Source: Candidatus Methanophagaceae archaeon (GTDB taxonomy: Archaea; Halobacteriota; Syntropharchaeia; Alkanophagales; Methanospirareceae). Taken from it: a DNA stretch of 32,000 nucleotides. Shown here in pieces: positions 1 to 8,199 of this stretch (positions are counted from its first letter, which is position 1; each line of letters starts with the position of its first letter). The DNA is taken from positions 1,000,444-1,032,443 of the forward strand of contig PQXB01000001.1 in the NCBI GenBank assembly GCA_003194425.1. The letters run 5' to 3'. Under the pieces are notes generated by a model, which ran no database searches, was not told the DNA's origin, and saw only the letters and a program-made list of their open reading frames with translations. Position numbers and translations under genes: made by a program.

Positions 1-575
1 GATTTCAGATTTTTTATCTCTCGCACTATTTCTGGCACACGCTCTAAATTCATAATCCGGCTCTCTTTTCCCTTAATCGGTGCGATAAGTTGGTTAAGAA
101 GGGCGTTCAGTCGCTTGAGGTCTGCGAGAACTTCCTTGATCTCGTCGGGAAATAGCGAGCGGACATAGTAGAGGTTCTTCGATGATTTTGACTTGCCAAA
201 AGCAAAAGCGAATTCTATGATGCTGGGGGTGGTTACTCTGTAAAAGGATAAAACCGTTTTATAATCGGTTTGAGTCGGAATTAACATCTTTTCAGTCACC
301 GAGTAAAGATGTTTTACCATCTTGTCACGGCTGGGCAACCCTATTTTTGCGATAGGAGCGGGGACATCTTCAATTGGTTCGGCGTCCTGAAGCTCGGAGA
401 TGTTTTGCTTTAGCCTCTCTCGTGTCTTTCGTATCTCTTCATATAATTGCTCTGCATTTGCACTCAGACCGCGAAATAACGATTTCGACGCAATCTCCAG
501 CCAAATATCTATTTCATCAAAGGCGACCGCAGACGGTATTTCTTCCTTGCCCAAAATTCTATCCAACCACTTCAT
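1..575 (-). CDS. hypothetical coiled-coil protein, partial (C-terminal part lies beyond window start)
   Basis: Manual translation of the minus strand from ATG 575..573 gives an open frame to position 1 (MKWLDRILGKEEIPSAVAFDEIDIWLEIASK...KRLNALLNQLIAPIKGKESRIMNLERVPEIVREIKNLK, more than 190 codons, no stop). It is absent from the ORF track because it runs off the edge. The + strand ORFs 374..715 and 400..648 are its shadows. No family recognised. Confidence 0.55.
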   Translation of the reverse strand, partial: MKWLDRILGKEEIPSAVAFDEIDIWLEIASKSLFRGLSANAEQLYEEIRKTRERLKQNISELQDAEPIEDVPAPIAKIGLPSRDKMVKHLYSVTEKMLIPTQTDYKTVLSFYRVTTPSIIEFAFAFGKSKSSKNLYYVRSLFPDEIKEVLADLKRLNALLNQLIAPIKGKESRIMNLERVPEIVREIKNLK

Positions 576-639
576 TTTTATTTTATCGGGGACTCCGAGA
601 AGATCGCCACTTTATAGTAGGGGAGTTAAACCTTTCTGT

Positions 640-2109
640 TCAGATTAGAGTAGTGCGAAAAGTATTATTTTTTTTGTTTTTTTTTTTAGTTTTGTTTTTG
701 TTAGAGAAAGAATGAAAGGGACCGATTTTTTGCGGCGTCTCGGGCTGCTTACCTTTAAGAAGTTCTTCAATCGTAAAGATTTGCAGCTTTAGATATTTAT
801 TTCCGAAGGAATCGAGATAAAAGCCAACCTCTGCTGCTTCTTCTTTCATCGGGGCTGTTGCTGTCTTTAGCGTCAAGAAGAAGCCCATCTCAGCCTTCTC
901 TCGCTCTACAACCCTAATAAGTTCGCGGATTTGGCTTACACCGACCTTACCGCTCTTAACAGAGACGACCGCCTTCTTCGTCTCGCCAGCGTCGTTAAAG
1001 AAGAGAAAGCCGTCAATTCCAGTGTCAGCACCCTTCTTCTTATCGCCGAACGGTCTGGCTCCAATGAGTGAGAGTGCCCACCATTGAAATTGGTAGCGGT
1101 TCTCTTTTGCTAACGCTTCGGCACCTGCTAAATCTACTGGCTCGCCAACGACCGAAAACGCAATATCAGGGAAGTTGGTCTTTAACCGCCATTTCATTAA
1201 CGATATTGCAAGGTGCGTGATGTCAATGCCAATCCAGTTTCTTTTTAGCCTGTGTGCAGCAACGACCGCAGTGCCACAGCCACAGAACGGGTCTAAAACC
1301 GTGTCGCCTTCTTTTGATGATGCTTTTATTATCCGCTCTAACAATGCCTCTGGCTTCTGTGTGCGGTAGCCAACACGCTCCTTGGCCATTGGAGCAAGTA
1401 TTCCAATCTCCCAAACATCAGAGAGCGGTGGTCCAAGAGTCTCCTCCTCAAGCCGCCCGGGTTTGCGGTGCCCAGACGAGAAATCGGCAACTTGCTTTTT
1501 TGTTCCGAATGTTTTTAAGGTTGACTCTGCTAATTGCTCGTATCCGTAAAGGGTGCAAAAAGTGTGCTCCACCGACTTTGAATAGAAGAGAATTACATCG
1601 TGCATTTTTTGAAATCTCTTAGACTTTGCGGGCCATCTTCGATAACGCCAGATTATTTCGTTCTGAAAATTCTCCTTACCGAAGACCGCGTCCAAAACAA
1701 TCCTCAAATAATGGCTCGCTGTAGGGTCACAGTGCAGGTAAAGAGAGCCAGTCGACTTCAAAACTCGCTTCAACTCCAGCAGCCGAATGCACATCATCGT
1801 GAGGTAAGCCATCATATCGCTCCTCGGAAAAACCTCTCTCAATGCACGCATCAAAAGGACGACAGTAGCAGGAGCGGTATTTACAATCTCTTGGAACGCC
1901 CGCTCGCTCTCGCTTGTCCAGTGCCAAGTGTCCTCAAAGGCGGTAATTTGTGCTGCCGACTGCTCGCCACTCTGCTCTTTAAAAAGGATGTTGTAACTGG
2001 CGTTGGAGTTGAACGGAGGGTCAAGATAAATCAAATCTACCGACTCGTCAGGAATGTATTTCCGAAGAATCGTTAAGTTGTCGCCGTAGTATAAGGTGTT
2101 TAACTCCAT
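640..2109 (-). CDS. beta-class DNA (N6-adenine/N4-cytosine) methyltransferase fused to a C-terminal Mrr-like PD-(D/E)xK nuclease-fold domain
   Basis: Motif IV DPPF (VDLIYLDPPFNSNASYN) lies near the N-terminus. AdoMet motif I (VLDPFCGCGTAVVAAHRLKRNWIGIDI) comes about 280 aa later, the order typical of PF01555-type enzymes. The C-terminal ~130 aa (GADTGIDGFLFF...AVVSVKSGKVGVSQIRELI...GFFLTL) resemble the Mrr catalytic domain. Start set at ATG 2109 (MELNTLYYG), 28 codons inside the track ORF, because the longer version overlaps gatD. Confidence 0.85.
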   Translation of the reverse strand: MELNTLYYGDNLTILRKYIPDESVDLIYLDPPFNSNASYNILFKEQSGEQSAAQITAFEDTWHWTSESERAFQEIVNTAPATVVLLMRALREVFPRSDMMAYLTMMCIRLLELKRVLKSTGSLYLHCDPTASHYLRIVLDAVFGKENFQNEIIWRYRRWPAKSKRFQKMHDVILFYSKSVEHTFCTLYGYEQLAESTLKTFGTKKQVADFSSGHRKPGRLEEETLGPPLSDVWEIGILAPMAKERVGYRTQKPEALLERIIKASSKEGDTVLDPFCGCGTAVVAAHRLKRNWIGIDITHLAISLMKWRLKTNFPDIAFSVVGEPVDLAGAEALAKENRYQFQWWALSLIGARPFGDKKKGADTGIDGFLFFNDAGETKKAVVSVKSGKVGVSQIRELIRVVEREKAEMGFFLTLKTATAPMKEEAAEVGFYLDSFGNKYLKLQIFTIEELLKGKQPETPQKIGPFHSFSNKNKTKKKNKKNNTFRTTLI

Positions 2110-2114
2110 TTTAT

Positions 2115-3464
2115 TTACTCTTTCTCCTGCATCAACCGCCTCACCTTTTCCAACTCGCTCTCGCCAGTCCCGCCTGTCTGCCCCAAGACCCACATTAACT
2201 TCACCAAAGCCGTCTCCGGCAGCAAGTCCCCGCCCTCAATCACGCCAGCACGAAGCAAGTCCCGACCGGTGTCGTACACGCGGTCGCAAATCCGCCCGTG
2301 CAAGCACTGCGAAGTCATCACAACGGGAACGCCCCGTTTTACCGCTCTCGCAACGCTTGGGATCCAGTCCGCCGAGACGTGCCCCAAACCCGTCCCCTCC
2401 AAGACGACTCCCTTGTAGCCCTGCTCCACGAAAAAATCCAGCACCGCAGGGTCAGCGCCGGGGTAGAACTTCACGAGCCCGCACCTCGCCTCAAACTTGT
2501 CTCTCAGCTCTAATTCCTGCTCGCCTCGCTTCCTGTTTCTGGAACCCGAGAAGAGTTCAACCTTCGTGCTTCCGACATCGTTGGGGTCGTAAAGCACCCT
2601 CCCAATCGGAGTCTCGTTCACCGAGCGGAAAGCGTCGCGTGCAGAGGTGTGCATTTTCCTCACCCTCGTGCCGCGGTGGACGAGGCAGAAGTCGTCGGAG
2701 GTGCTGCCGTGCATCACGACCACAACCTCCGCGAGGTCGCTGCACGCCGCAACCTTCGCTGCACAAATCGCGTTCATCGCAGCGTCGCTCGACGGGCGGT
2801 CGGAACTTCGCTGCGAGCCCACGAGAACCACAGGCACAGGCGTCTGCAGCATAAAAGAGAGTGCAGCCGCGGTGTAGCCCAGCGTGTCCGTGCCGTGCGT
2901 TACAACCACGCCCTCTGCACCGTTTTTTATCTCGTTGAAGACCTCTCTTGCGAGCCTCTGCCAGTACTCGGCACGCATATTTTCGCTGAGCAGGCTGTAA
3001 ACTACTCTCCCTCGGATGTTTGCGATTTCGCCTAACTCCGGAACTGCCTCGAGAATGTCTTCGGTCGAGAACTGCGGAGAGACCGCACCGGTTCGGTAGT
3101 CCACTTTAGAGGCGATTGTGCCGCCGGTGGAAAGGAAGGAAAGAGAGGGCAAACCGTCTTTTAATTCTCGCACTTGCTTTTCCTTTTTTTCCCCCTCTTT
3201 TAACGCCTCTGCCCTGCTCACGACCTTGCTCACAACCTCAACCTCAACCTCGGTCTCCGCGTCCGCATCTTCCAGCCGCACGCCAATGTTGTAGCCGCTC
3301 TCCAGTTTTATTACAATTTTTTCTCCTCTCTCGCTGCTCGCACCGGTCGGCATTACAACGCCCTCGTAAGTGACGACGCCCTCGCCTTCTCCTTCCCCAC
3401 CGCTGCACTCCCTCCTCTTCCTTACCCTCACGCGGTCGCCTCCCCCAAACTCGAGTTTTTGCAT
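2115..3464 (-). CDS. gatD: glutamyl-tRNA(Gln) amidotransferase subunit D (archaeal GatD, asparaginase-type domain)
   Basis: Asparaginase-family motifs [17 protein letters not shown] and [18 protein letters not shown], plus an archaeal GatD N-terminal beta domain. Start set at ATG 3464 ([14 protein letters not shown]); the track start 3590 would overlap the divergent gene at 3516. Confidence 0.9.
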   Translation of the reverse strand: MQKLEFGGGDRVRVRKRRECSGGEGEGEGVVTYEGVVMPTGASSERGEKIVIKLESGYNIGVRLEDADAETEVEVEVVSKVVSRAEALKEGEKKEKQVRELKDGLPSLSFLSTGGTIASKVDYRTGAVSPQFSTEDILEAVPELGEIANIRGRVVYSLLSENMRAEYWQRLAREVFNEIKNGAEGVVVTHGTDTLGYTAAALSFMLQTPVPVVLVGSQRSSDRPSSDAAMNAICAAKVAACSDLAEVVVVMHGSTSDDFCLVHRGTRVRKMHTSARDAFRSVNETPIGRVLYDPNDVGSTKVELFSGSRNRKRGEQELELRDKFEARCGLVKFYPGADPAVLDFFVEQGYKGVVLEGTGLGHVSADWIPSVARAVKRGVPVVMTSQCLHGRICDRVYDTGRDLLRAGVIEGGDLLPETALVKLMWVLGQTGGTGESELEKVRRLMQEKE

Positions 3465-3481
3465 CAAAGAATAATTCAAAG

Positions 3482-3495
3482 AAAAAGATAAAAAG
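3482..3495. promoter_or_regulatory. A/T-rich TATA-like element in the 51-bp divergent gatD / 3516 intergenic region
   Basis: AAAAAGATAAAAAG is the only A/T block in 3465..3515. It lies ~26 nt from ATG 3516 and ~20-30 nt from ATG 3464. That spacing would give leaderless or near-leaderless mRNAs in both directions. Confidence 0.35.
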
Positions 3496-3515
3496 CATTT
3501 ACAAACCGAACCGAA

Positions 3516-4484
3516 ATGACTTACGAGAAGTTCAGGAGGGAGGTGAAGCGGGTCTTGGAGGCGACGGCGGTGCCGCTCACTTGGAATCAAATAAAAGCAC
3601 GCTCAACCACCCTAAAGCAGAAAGCCCCGTACCACGTCTTCGTCCAGAAGTTGCAGGGCGACATCGGATTGGTGCGGCTAAAGCCAAAGACCGCACGCGG
3701 CGAGAGGAGGACGAGGACGGTCTGGGCGTTGCGGCGGTGGTTTGAGGACGGCAGGTTTAGGGAACTCCTGCCCGAGAAGGTTCGCCTCACGATTTTGTCT
3801 TCCAAAAAAGACCACGCAATCGCGGCGAACGAGCACTGGGAATTGAAGCGGATTTTTCCGCTCCCCGCCGGTTCCGACGGATTAAAACCGTGGGACGTGG
3901 TAGAGGCGGAAGTAGAGGCGTTCTTTCCTGAAATGGACAGAAGACCGGAGAGCATAAAAATACGAGGGGACGGGCTGGGGCTGAGGCTCTTGCAGAGGAT
4001 TGAGGACGGAGAGGAGCGGTTGCGGGTTGCTGAGAAGGTTGCGGAGACTGGAGAGTTCCTGCACACTGACGCTTGGCGAGGGAAGACGCTAGGCGTGACG
4101 AAGCCGAGATTCAGGTGCTTTTACTTCTACGACAGCAGGTGCCAGTTCTTCTGCGACCAGAGCGTCTGCGTGGGGCACGACTTGGAAGTGGAAGCGGGAG
4201 GAGAGGGAGGAGGGAAGGGAGAAGGAGGAGAAGAGGGGGAAGGAGGAGAAGAGGGGGAAGGAGGAGAAAAGGGGGAAGGAGGAGAAAAGGGGGAAGAAGC
4301 TGGAGAGAGAGGAGAAGGGGACAGAGAGAGCGTAGAAATAAAGGGCGACAAGGTCTTCTTCGTCTTGGAGGCGGTAGAGCGAAAAGGGGGAGAGTTTGTG
4401 TGGGAAAAGGAGAGGGTGGAGTGGCGCATAAAATCGGTGATTTCGCTGACCGACCCGAGACAGCAGAGGTTGTTCCTAAATTAG
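3516..4484 (+). CDS. hypothetical protein with a basic N-terminal region, a Cys-rich segment and an internal GEGGE(E/K) repeat
   Basis: 322-codon ORF with ATG start and coding-like composition outside the repeat. No family recognised. Contains [22 protein letters not shown] and an 18-bp x4 tandem repeat at 4222..4293. Confidence 0.6.
   Translation: MTYEKFRREVKRVLEATAVPLTWNQIKARSTTLKQKAPYHVFVQKLQGDIGLVRLKPKTARGERRTRTVWALRRWFEDGRFRELLPEKVRLTILSSKKDHAIAANEHWELKRIFPLPAGSDGLKPWDVVEAEVEAFFPEMDRRPESIKIRGDGLGLRLLQRIEDGEERLRVAEKVAETGEFLHTDAWRGKTLGVTKPRFRCFYFYDSRCQFFCDQSVCVGHDLEVEAGGEGGGKGEGGEEGEGGEEGEGGEKGEGGEKGEEAGERGEGDRESVEIKGDKVFFVLEAVERKGGEFVWEKERVEWRIKSVISLTDPRQQRLFLN
4222..4293 (+). repeat. 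18-bp x4 in-frame tandem repeat (AAGGAGGAGAAGAGGGGG / ...AAAAGGGGG), encodes GEGGE(E/K)
   Basis: Counted base by base: copies at 4222, 4240, 4258 and 4276. Copies 1-2 are identical to each other, as are copies 3-4. Confidence 0.9.
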
Positions 4485-4612
4485 CCCGAGCATTTTCAAT
4501 AAAATCGGAATCAAAGCAGCCATCGTCGTCGCCCACATTCCAAGAATCAACGCCACTGTCCACCTGAAGTTGGTCTCGATTTTTGCGTTGGTTGTCTCGT
4601 TTTACTCAGAGT

Positions 4613-5449
4613 TTATTTTAGCGAGAGCCTTCGCACAAACTCCAAACTCTCTCTGCCCTCCTCCAGCCCGTACAACTCAAACACCACCAAGCCCTCGTAC
4701 CCGCAGCAGTCTTCAACCCCTCCCCTAACCCACTCAAACACCTTCTTCCAGTCAAGGTTCCCCCTACCGAGCGGCAAATGCAGGTCCTCTGCTCCGAAGT
4801 TGTCGCTCGCGTGCAGGTGAATTATTTCTGTCCTCAACGCAAAGAACTCGTCCAGCGTCTTCGTCGTGTTCGCGTGCCCGACATCGAGGCAGATTCCAAG
4901 ATTCTCCGCAGCGTCCGAGTTCGCATTCTCTCTCACGCCACGCACTATTTTCACGAGTTCGTCGGGAAACCTACCCATCAGCATATTCGCAGAGGTTAGG
5001 TTCTCGACTGCGACTCGCAGCCCGCGGTCAGCCGCGAATTCGCAGACCTCTGTCAGACCTGCGATCGCCTTCTGAAATGCTTTCTCAGGCGTCTGAACGG
5101 AGAGCGGCGAGAAGAAGCCGGGGTGCACGACGCAAATGTCGTCGATGAACTCGTAGGCGTTCTCGATGCTCTCTTTTAACTGCCGAACGCACTCTGCCCA
5201 AATCCTTTCGTTCACGCTCGCGATGTTAATGTCCGAGAGAGGAGTGTGCAAAGAGAGAAAGAGGTTCGTTGTCTCGTGGATTTCCCGCACCCGCTCTCTA
5301 AATTCGCCTCCGTTTTTCCCCTTCTCCAGTTTCTGCAGCCCCTCGCCCACGATTTCCCAACCCTGAAAACCCGCGTCCTCCAGCTTGTAAATCCAGTTCA
5401 CAGGGTCGCTCGTCGCGTTTACCGAGGAGAAACTTATCTTCGCTTTCAT
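4613..5449 (-). CDS. sugar phosphate isomerase/epimerase (xylose isomerase-like TIM barrel, AP endonuclease 2 family)
   Basis: 278 aa with family-typical segments VVHPGFF, VAVENL, ICLDVGHA, HLHASDNFGAEDLHLPLGRGNLDW. Confidence 0.75.
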   Translation of the reverse strand: MKAKISFSSVNATSDPVNWIYKLEDAGFQGWEIVGEGLQKLEKGKNGGEFRERVREIHETTNLFLSLHTPLSDINIASVNERIWAECVRQLKESIENAYEFIDDICVVHPGFFSPLSVQTPEKAFQKAIAGLTEVCEFAADRGLRVAVENLTSANMLMGRFPDELVKIVRGVRENANSDAAENLGICLDVGHANTTKTLDEFFALRTEIIHLHASDNFGAEDLHLPLGRGNLDWKKVFEWVRGGVEDCCGYEGLVVFELYGLEEGRESLEFVRRLSLK

Positions 5450-5544
5450 TTTTTATGCTGTTAAAACCCTTGCACCCTCCTTTTTAGCGGTGGCATCCCA
5501 GTCCCCGTTTCTCTTTATGTTTTATTTTCTTAACGATAAAAATT

Positions 5545-7326
5545 ATGCGAGATGAAAAAAACAAAGTGAAAAAAACAAAGTCTTGGGAAGTCGCGGTAGT
5601 CGCCGCACTCACCGCCCTCTTCGTAGTTCTCGCGTGCGTTAACCTCGGCTCTCTTGAGTTGCCCTCCTCCTGCTGGCAACCGCAGTCGTCTTCAGGCGAG
5701 GAGGAAGTAGTTCTTGATTTTGGCAGTGTTCAGGAGGTGAAAGAAATTTACATCTTCTTGGCTGACGAGAGGCGGACGAAGTTTGAGTGCTACGAGAGTA
5801 GCGGGAGGCGGGTTCTGTCCTACGACAACGACCCTGCAAAGAATGTGCATTTCTGCTCGTGGGACCGGCAAGAGTTGAGTGGCGGAGGTTTGGAGAACAC
5901 AAGCACGAGGTCTTTGAGGCTCGTCTTTGACGCTGCGGTCTCGGACGGGAAAGTGGGCGAGATTTTGGTGGTCTCTGCGGAGGGTAAGAAAATAGCGGTG
6001 AGCGGTGGCGAAGGTGCTGCGAAATTGGTTGACGAGCAGGAGCTCGTGGAACTGCCGGTTACGCAGAAGGACGGGGCTTACTTTGACGAGATGTATTTTG
6101 TGCGGACGGCGAGGCAGCACTTGAACCTTGAGGAGCCGTACGAGTGGACGCACCCGCCGCTTGGAAAGCTCGCGATTGCGGGCGGGATTTTGCTCTTCGG
6201 GTTCAACCCGTTTGGCTGGCGGATTTTAGGCGTTCTCGCCGCTGCTGCGATGATTCCGATAATTTTCCTGCTCGGCAGGCGACTGTTTAAGAGCTCGGCA
6301 GCAGGCGTCGCCGCCGCCTTCCTACTGACCTTCGATTTTATGCACTTCTCGTTGGCGCGGCTCGCGACTGGCGAGACCTACCTCGCCCTCTTCTCGCTCT
6401 TGATGTTTTTCTTTGCCTTCGACTACTTCGCCTCCTCCACCAAGCGAACGGACGAGCGAACGGACGAGCGAACGGACGAGCGAACGGACGAGCGAGCGAG
6501 CGAACGGACGAGCAGAAGCCTTTTTCTCAGCCTCCTCTTCTTTGGGCTCGGCTTCGCTGTAAAGTGGACTGCGGTCTTCGGCTTGGCAGCGGTTCTGGTT
6601 CTTTGGTTGGTCTGCAATTTTAAGGAACGGCGTCCAATTCTCAAGGACTGCAAGGTGGTAGTGGCGGGCTTGCTCGTCTCTGCTGCGATTTACATCGCGA
6701 CTTACCTGCCTTACATCTTTTCGGGTGCAGAGGGAGGGCACGGAGGAGGGCACGGGCTTGCGGATGTTTTTGACCTCCAACTGCGAATGTTCGGCTACCA
6801 CGCGGGAATTGAAGCCACGCACCCCTTCTCTTCGCCGTGGTGGTCGTGGCCGCTTCTCCTCAAGCCGCTTTGGGTCTACTCTAACAACTTGGGCGGTGGA
6901 ACGGTCTCGACGACGGTTTTGATGGGAAACCCTGCGATTTGGTGGTGCGGGACGGTCGCGTTGGTTTCTCTCGCGGTGCGGTTTGTGGCGGGAAAGTTGT
7001 GGAGAAAAGGAAAGGAGGGTGGAGAGGTCTTTGTTGCCCTTTTCATTCTCGTTCCGTTTCTGCTGCAGTGGCTTCCTTACGCACTCATCACGAGAATCCT
7101 CTTCATTTACCACTTCGTTCCAAATGTCCCGTTTCTGATTCTCGGGCTGACTTACTGGCTAAACATCGGTTTAGAAAAGGACGCAAAGAGGAATAAAATC
7201 ATCGTCGTTTCTTTTCTTGTTTTGGTCGCGGCTCTCTTCTTCCTCTTCTACCCCGCAATCTCGGGCTACCCCGTCGCGTTCGAGTTCAAGGAGTGTCTGC
7301 GGTGGCTGAAGGGGTGGACGTTTTAG
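5545..7326 (+). CDS. GT39/PMT-family (GT-C) phospholipid-carrier-dependent glycosyltransferase with an extra N-terminal extracytoplasmic domain
   Basis: N-terminal TM anchor followed by a ~130-aa soluble domain. Then the PMT signature YFDEMYFVRTARQHLNLEEPYEWTHPPLGKLAIAGGILLFG and multiple TM helices. Contains a 12-bp TDER repeat at 6444..6511. Confidence 0.8.
   Translation: MRDEKNKVKKTKSWEVAVVAALTALFVVLACVNLGSLELPSSCWQPQSSSGEEEVVLDFGSVQEVKEIYIFLADERRTKFECYESSGRRVLSYDNDPAKNVHFCSWDRQELSGGGLENTSTRSLRLVFDAAVSDGKVGEILVVSAEGKKIAVSGGEGAAKLVDEQELVELPVTQKDGAYFDEMYFVRTARQHLNLEEPYEWTHPPLGKLAIAGGILLFGFNPFGWRILGVLAAAAMIPIIFLLGRRLFKSSAAGVAAAFLLTFDFMHFSLARLATGETYLALFSLLMFFFAFDYFASSTKRTDERTDERTDERTDERASERTSRSLFLSLLFFGLGFAVKWTAVFGLAAVLVLWLVCNFKERRPILKDCKVVVAGLLVSAAIYIATYLPYIFSGAEGGHGGGHGLADVFDLQLRMFGYHAGIEATHPFSSPWWSWPLLLKPLWVYSNNLGGGTVSTTVLMGNPAIWWCGTVALVSLAVRFVAGKLWRKGKEGGEVFVALFILVPFLLQWLPYALITRILFIYHFVPNVPFLILGLTYWLNIGLEKDAKRNKIIVVSFLVLVAALFFLFYPAISGYPVAFEFKECLRWLKGWTF
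6444..6511 (+). repeat. 12-bp tandem repeat GCGAACGGACGA, 4 perfect copies plus one displaced copy, encodes (TDER)n
   Basis: Copies at 6444, 6456, 6468 and 6480. An 8-nt GCGAGCGA spacer precedes the copy at 6500. Confidence 0.9.
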
Positions 7327-8138
7327 AAATTCCCTTTAGAAACCCGCTCAAACACCCGCCGAACTGCAACGACCGCTTTAGAATCCTCGGGCAGTTCAAT
7401 CGTCGGCTTGCCCACCAAGTCGTACGCCCGCACCTGCTCGTCCTCTGGAACCGTGCCCACGAGCGTAAGCCCGCTCTCCTTCACCTGCCCGAGCAGCGAA
7501 TTCCAGACCACCTCGTCCGCTCTGACCTCCTCTGTAACCTTGTTCAGCACCAGAAAAATCTGCTGAAAATTTATCTGCAACTGCTTGGCGAGCCGTTTTA
7601 TCGAGGACGCAGTCTCCAGCCCCCGTTTCGTGGGGTCGCTGACCACGAGCATCGTGTCCACGTCCCGTGTCGTCCTGCGGCTGAGATGCTCCAACCCAGC
7701 TTCGCAGTCAATCAGAATCGTGTCGAAGCGAGAGGAGAGCTTGTCGATAAAATGCCGTAAAATGTCGTTTACCAGGCAGTAGCAGCCAGGACCCTCAGAA
7801 CGCCCCATCACAAGAACCGAGAAGCGAGGCGTCTTCGCCAGCACCTCCTCTATTTTGTACTCAACCAGCAGGTCAGTCGGCATTTCCTCCGAGAAAAAAA
7901 CCTGCGACGGAGACGCAATTTCCTCACGCAGGTCTCCGATTGTCTTATTTATTTTTACACCCAACACACTCGGAAGGCACGACGCAGGATCGGCGTCAAT
8001 CGCAAGCACCTTTCCTACTCCCTCGCCTGCGGTCAAGAATTTCAGTAGCAGCGAGGCGATTACGGTCTTTCCTGTCCCGCCTTTTCCTGCTACTGCGATG
8101 ATTCCCGCCCTCTGCTTTTGCCCTTGTTTTTGGTTCAT
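7323..8138 (-). CDS. cooC: CooC/AcsF-type nickel-insertion accessory ATPase (MinD/ParA superfamily)
   Basis: Deviant Walker A IAVAGKGGTGKT, the CooC-specific Cys-x-Cys motif EGPGCYCLVN, and ILIDCEAGLEHLSRR. ATG at 8138. Confidence 0.8.
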   Translation of the reverse strand: MNQKQGQKQRAGIIAVAGKGGTGKTVIASLLLKFLTAGEGVGKVLAIDADPASCLPSVLGVKINKTIGDLREEIASPSQVFFSEEMPTDLLVEYKIEEVLAKTPRFSVLVMGRSEGPGCYCLVNDILRHFIDKLSSRFDTILIDCEAGLEHLSRRTTRDVDTMLVVSDPTKRGLETASSIKRLAKQLQINFQQIFLVLNKVTEEVRADEVVWNSLLGQVKESGLTLVGTVPEDEQVRAYDLVGKPTIELPEDSKAVVAVRRVFERVSKGNF

Positions 8139-8199
8139 TCTTCGAGATTGTTCGGTAAAATTGGTTTCTTGAATAAAGACTTACCTCTAACCCTAAAGA

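Noticed and set aside
374-715. + strand ORFs 374..715 and 400..648
   Set aside because: They overlap the longer uninterrupted minus-strand frame 1..575 and the T-rich tract at 661..700. Their products are low complexity (FFLFFFLVLFLL).
2096-2854. 252-aa + strand ORF (P/S/R-rich), plus other + strand ORFs across 2298..3373
   Set aside because: Antisense shadow of the well-supported gatD gene. Low-complexity composition typical of the reverse strand of a GC-rich gene.
2110-3590. Longer N-terminal extensions offered by the ORF track (2193 for the methyltransferase, 3590 for gatD, 11336, 15484, 28743)
   Set aside because: Each extension overlaps the neighbouring gene or an intergenic repeat and adds non-homologous low-complexity residues. 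In each case an internal ATG coincides with the start of the conserved domain or signal peptide.
4476-4556. Possible 26-codon hydrophobic micro-ORF on the minus strand (GTG start; [26 protein letters not shown]) in the convergent intergenic region
   Set aside because: Too short to support from sequence alone. It has no clear ribosome-binding site or promoter, and it overlaps the 3' end of the 3516 gene. It would need ribosome profiling or conservation evidence.
4073-4567. ORFs 4073..4567 (+), 4111..4563 (-) and 4127..4429 (-) with R/G- or P/L/S-rich products
   Set aside because: Alternative-frame or antisense readings of the GA-rich 18-bp repeat inside the 3516..4484 gene.
6322-7113. 263-aa minus-strand ORF, and the 5692..6153 ORF, inside the glycosyltransferase gene
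   Set aside because: Antisense to a gene with clear PMT-family motifs. The R/S/V-rich product simply mirrors the TDER repeat (SLVRSLVRSLVR).
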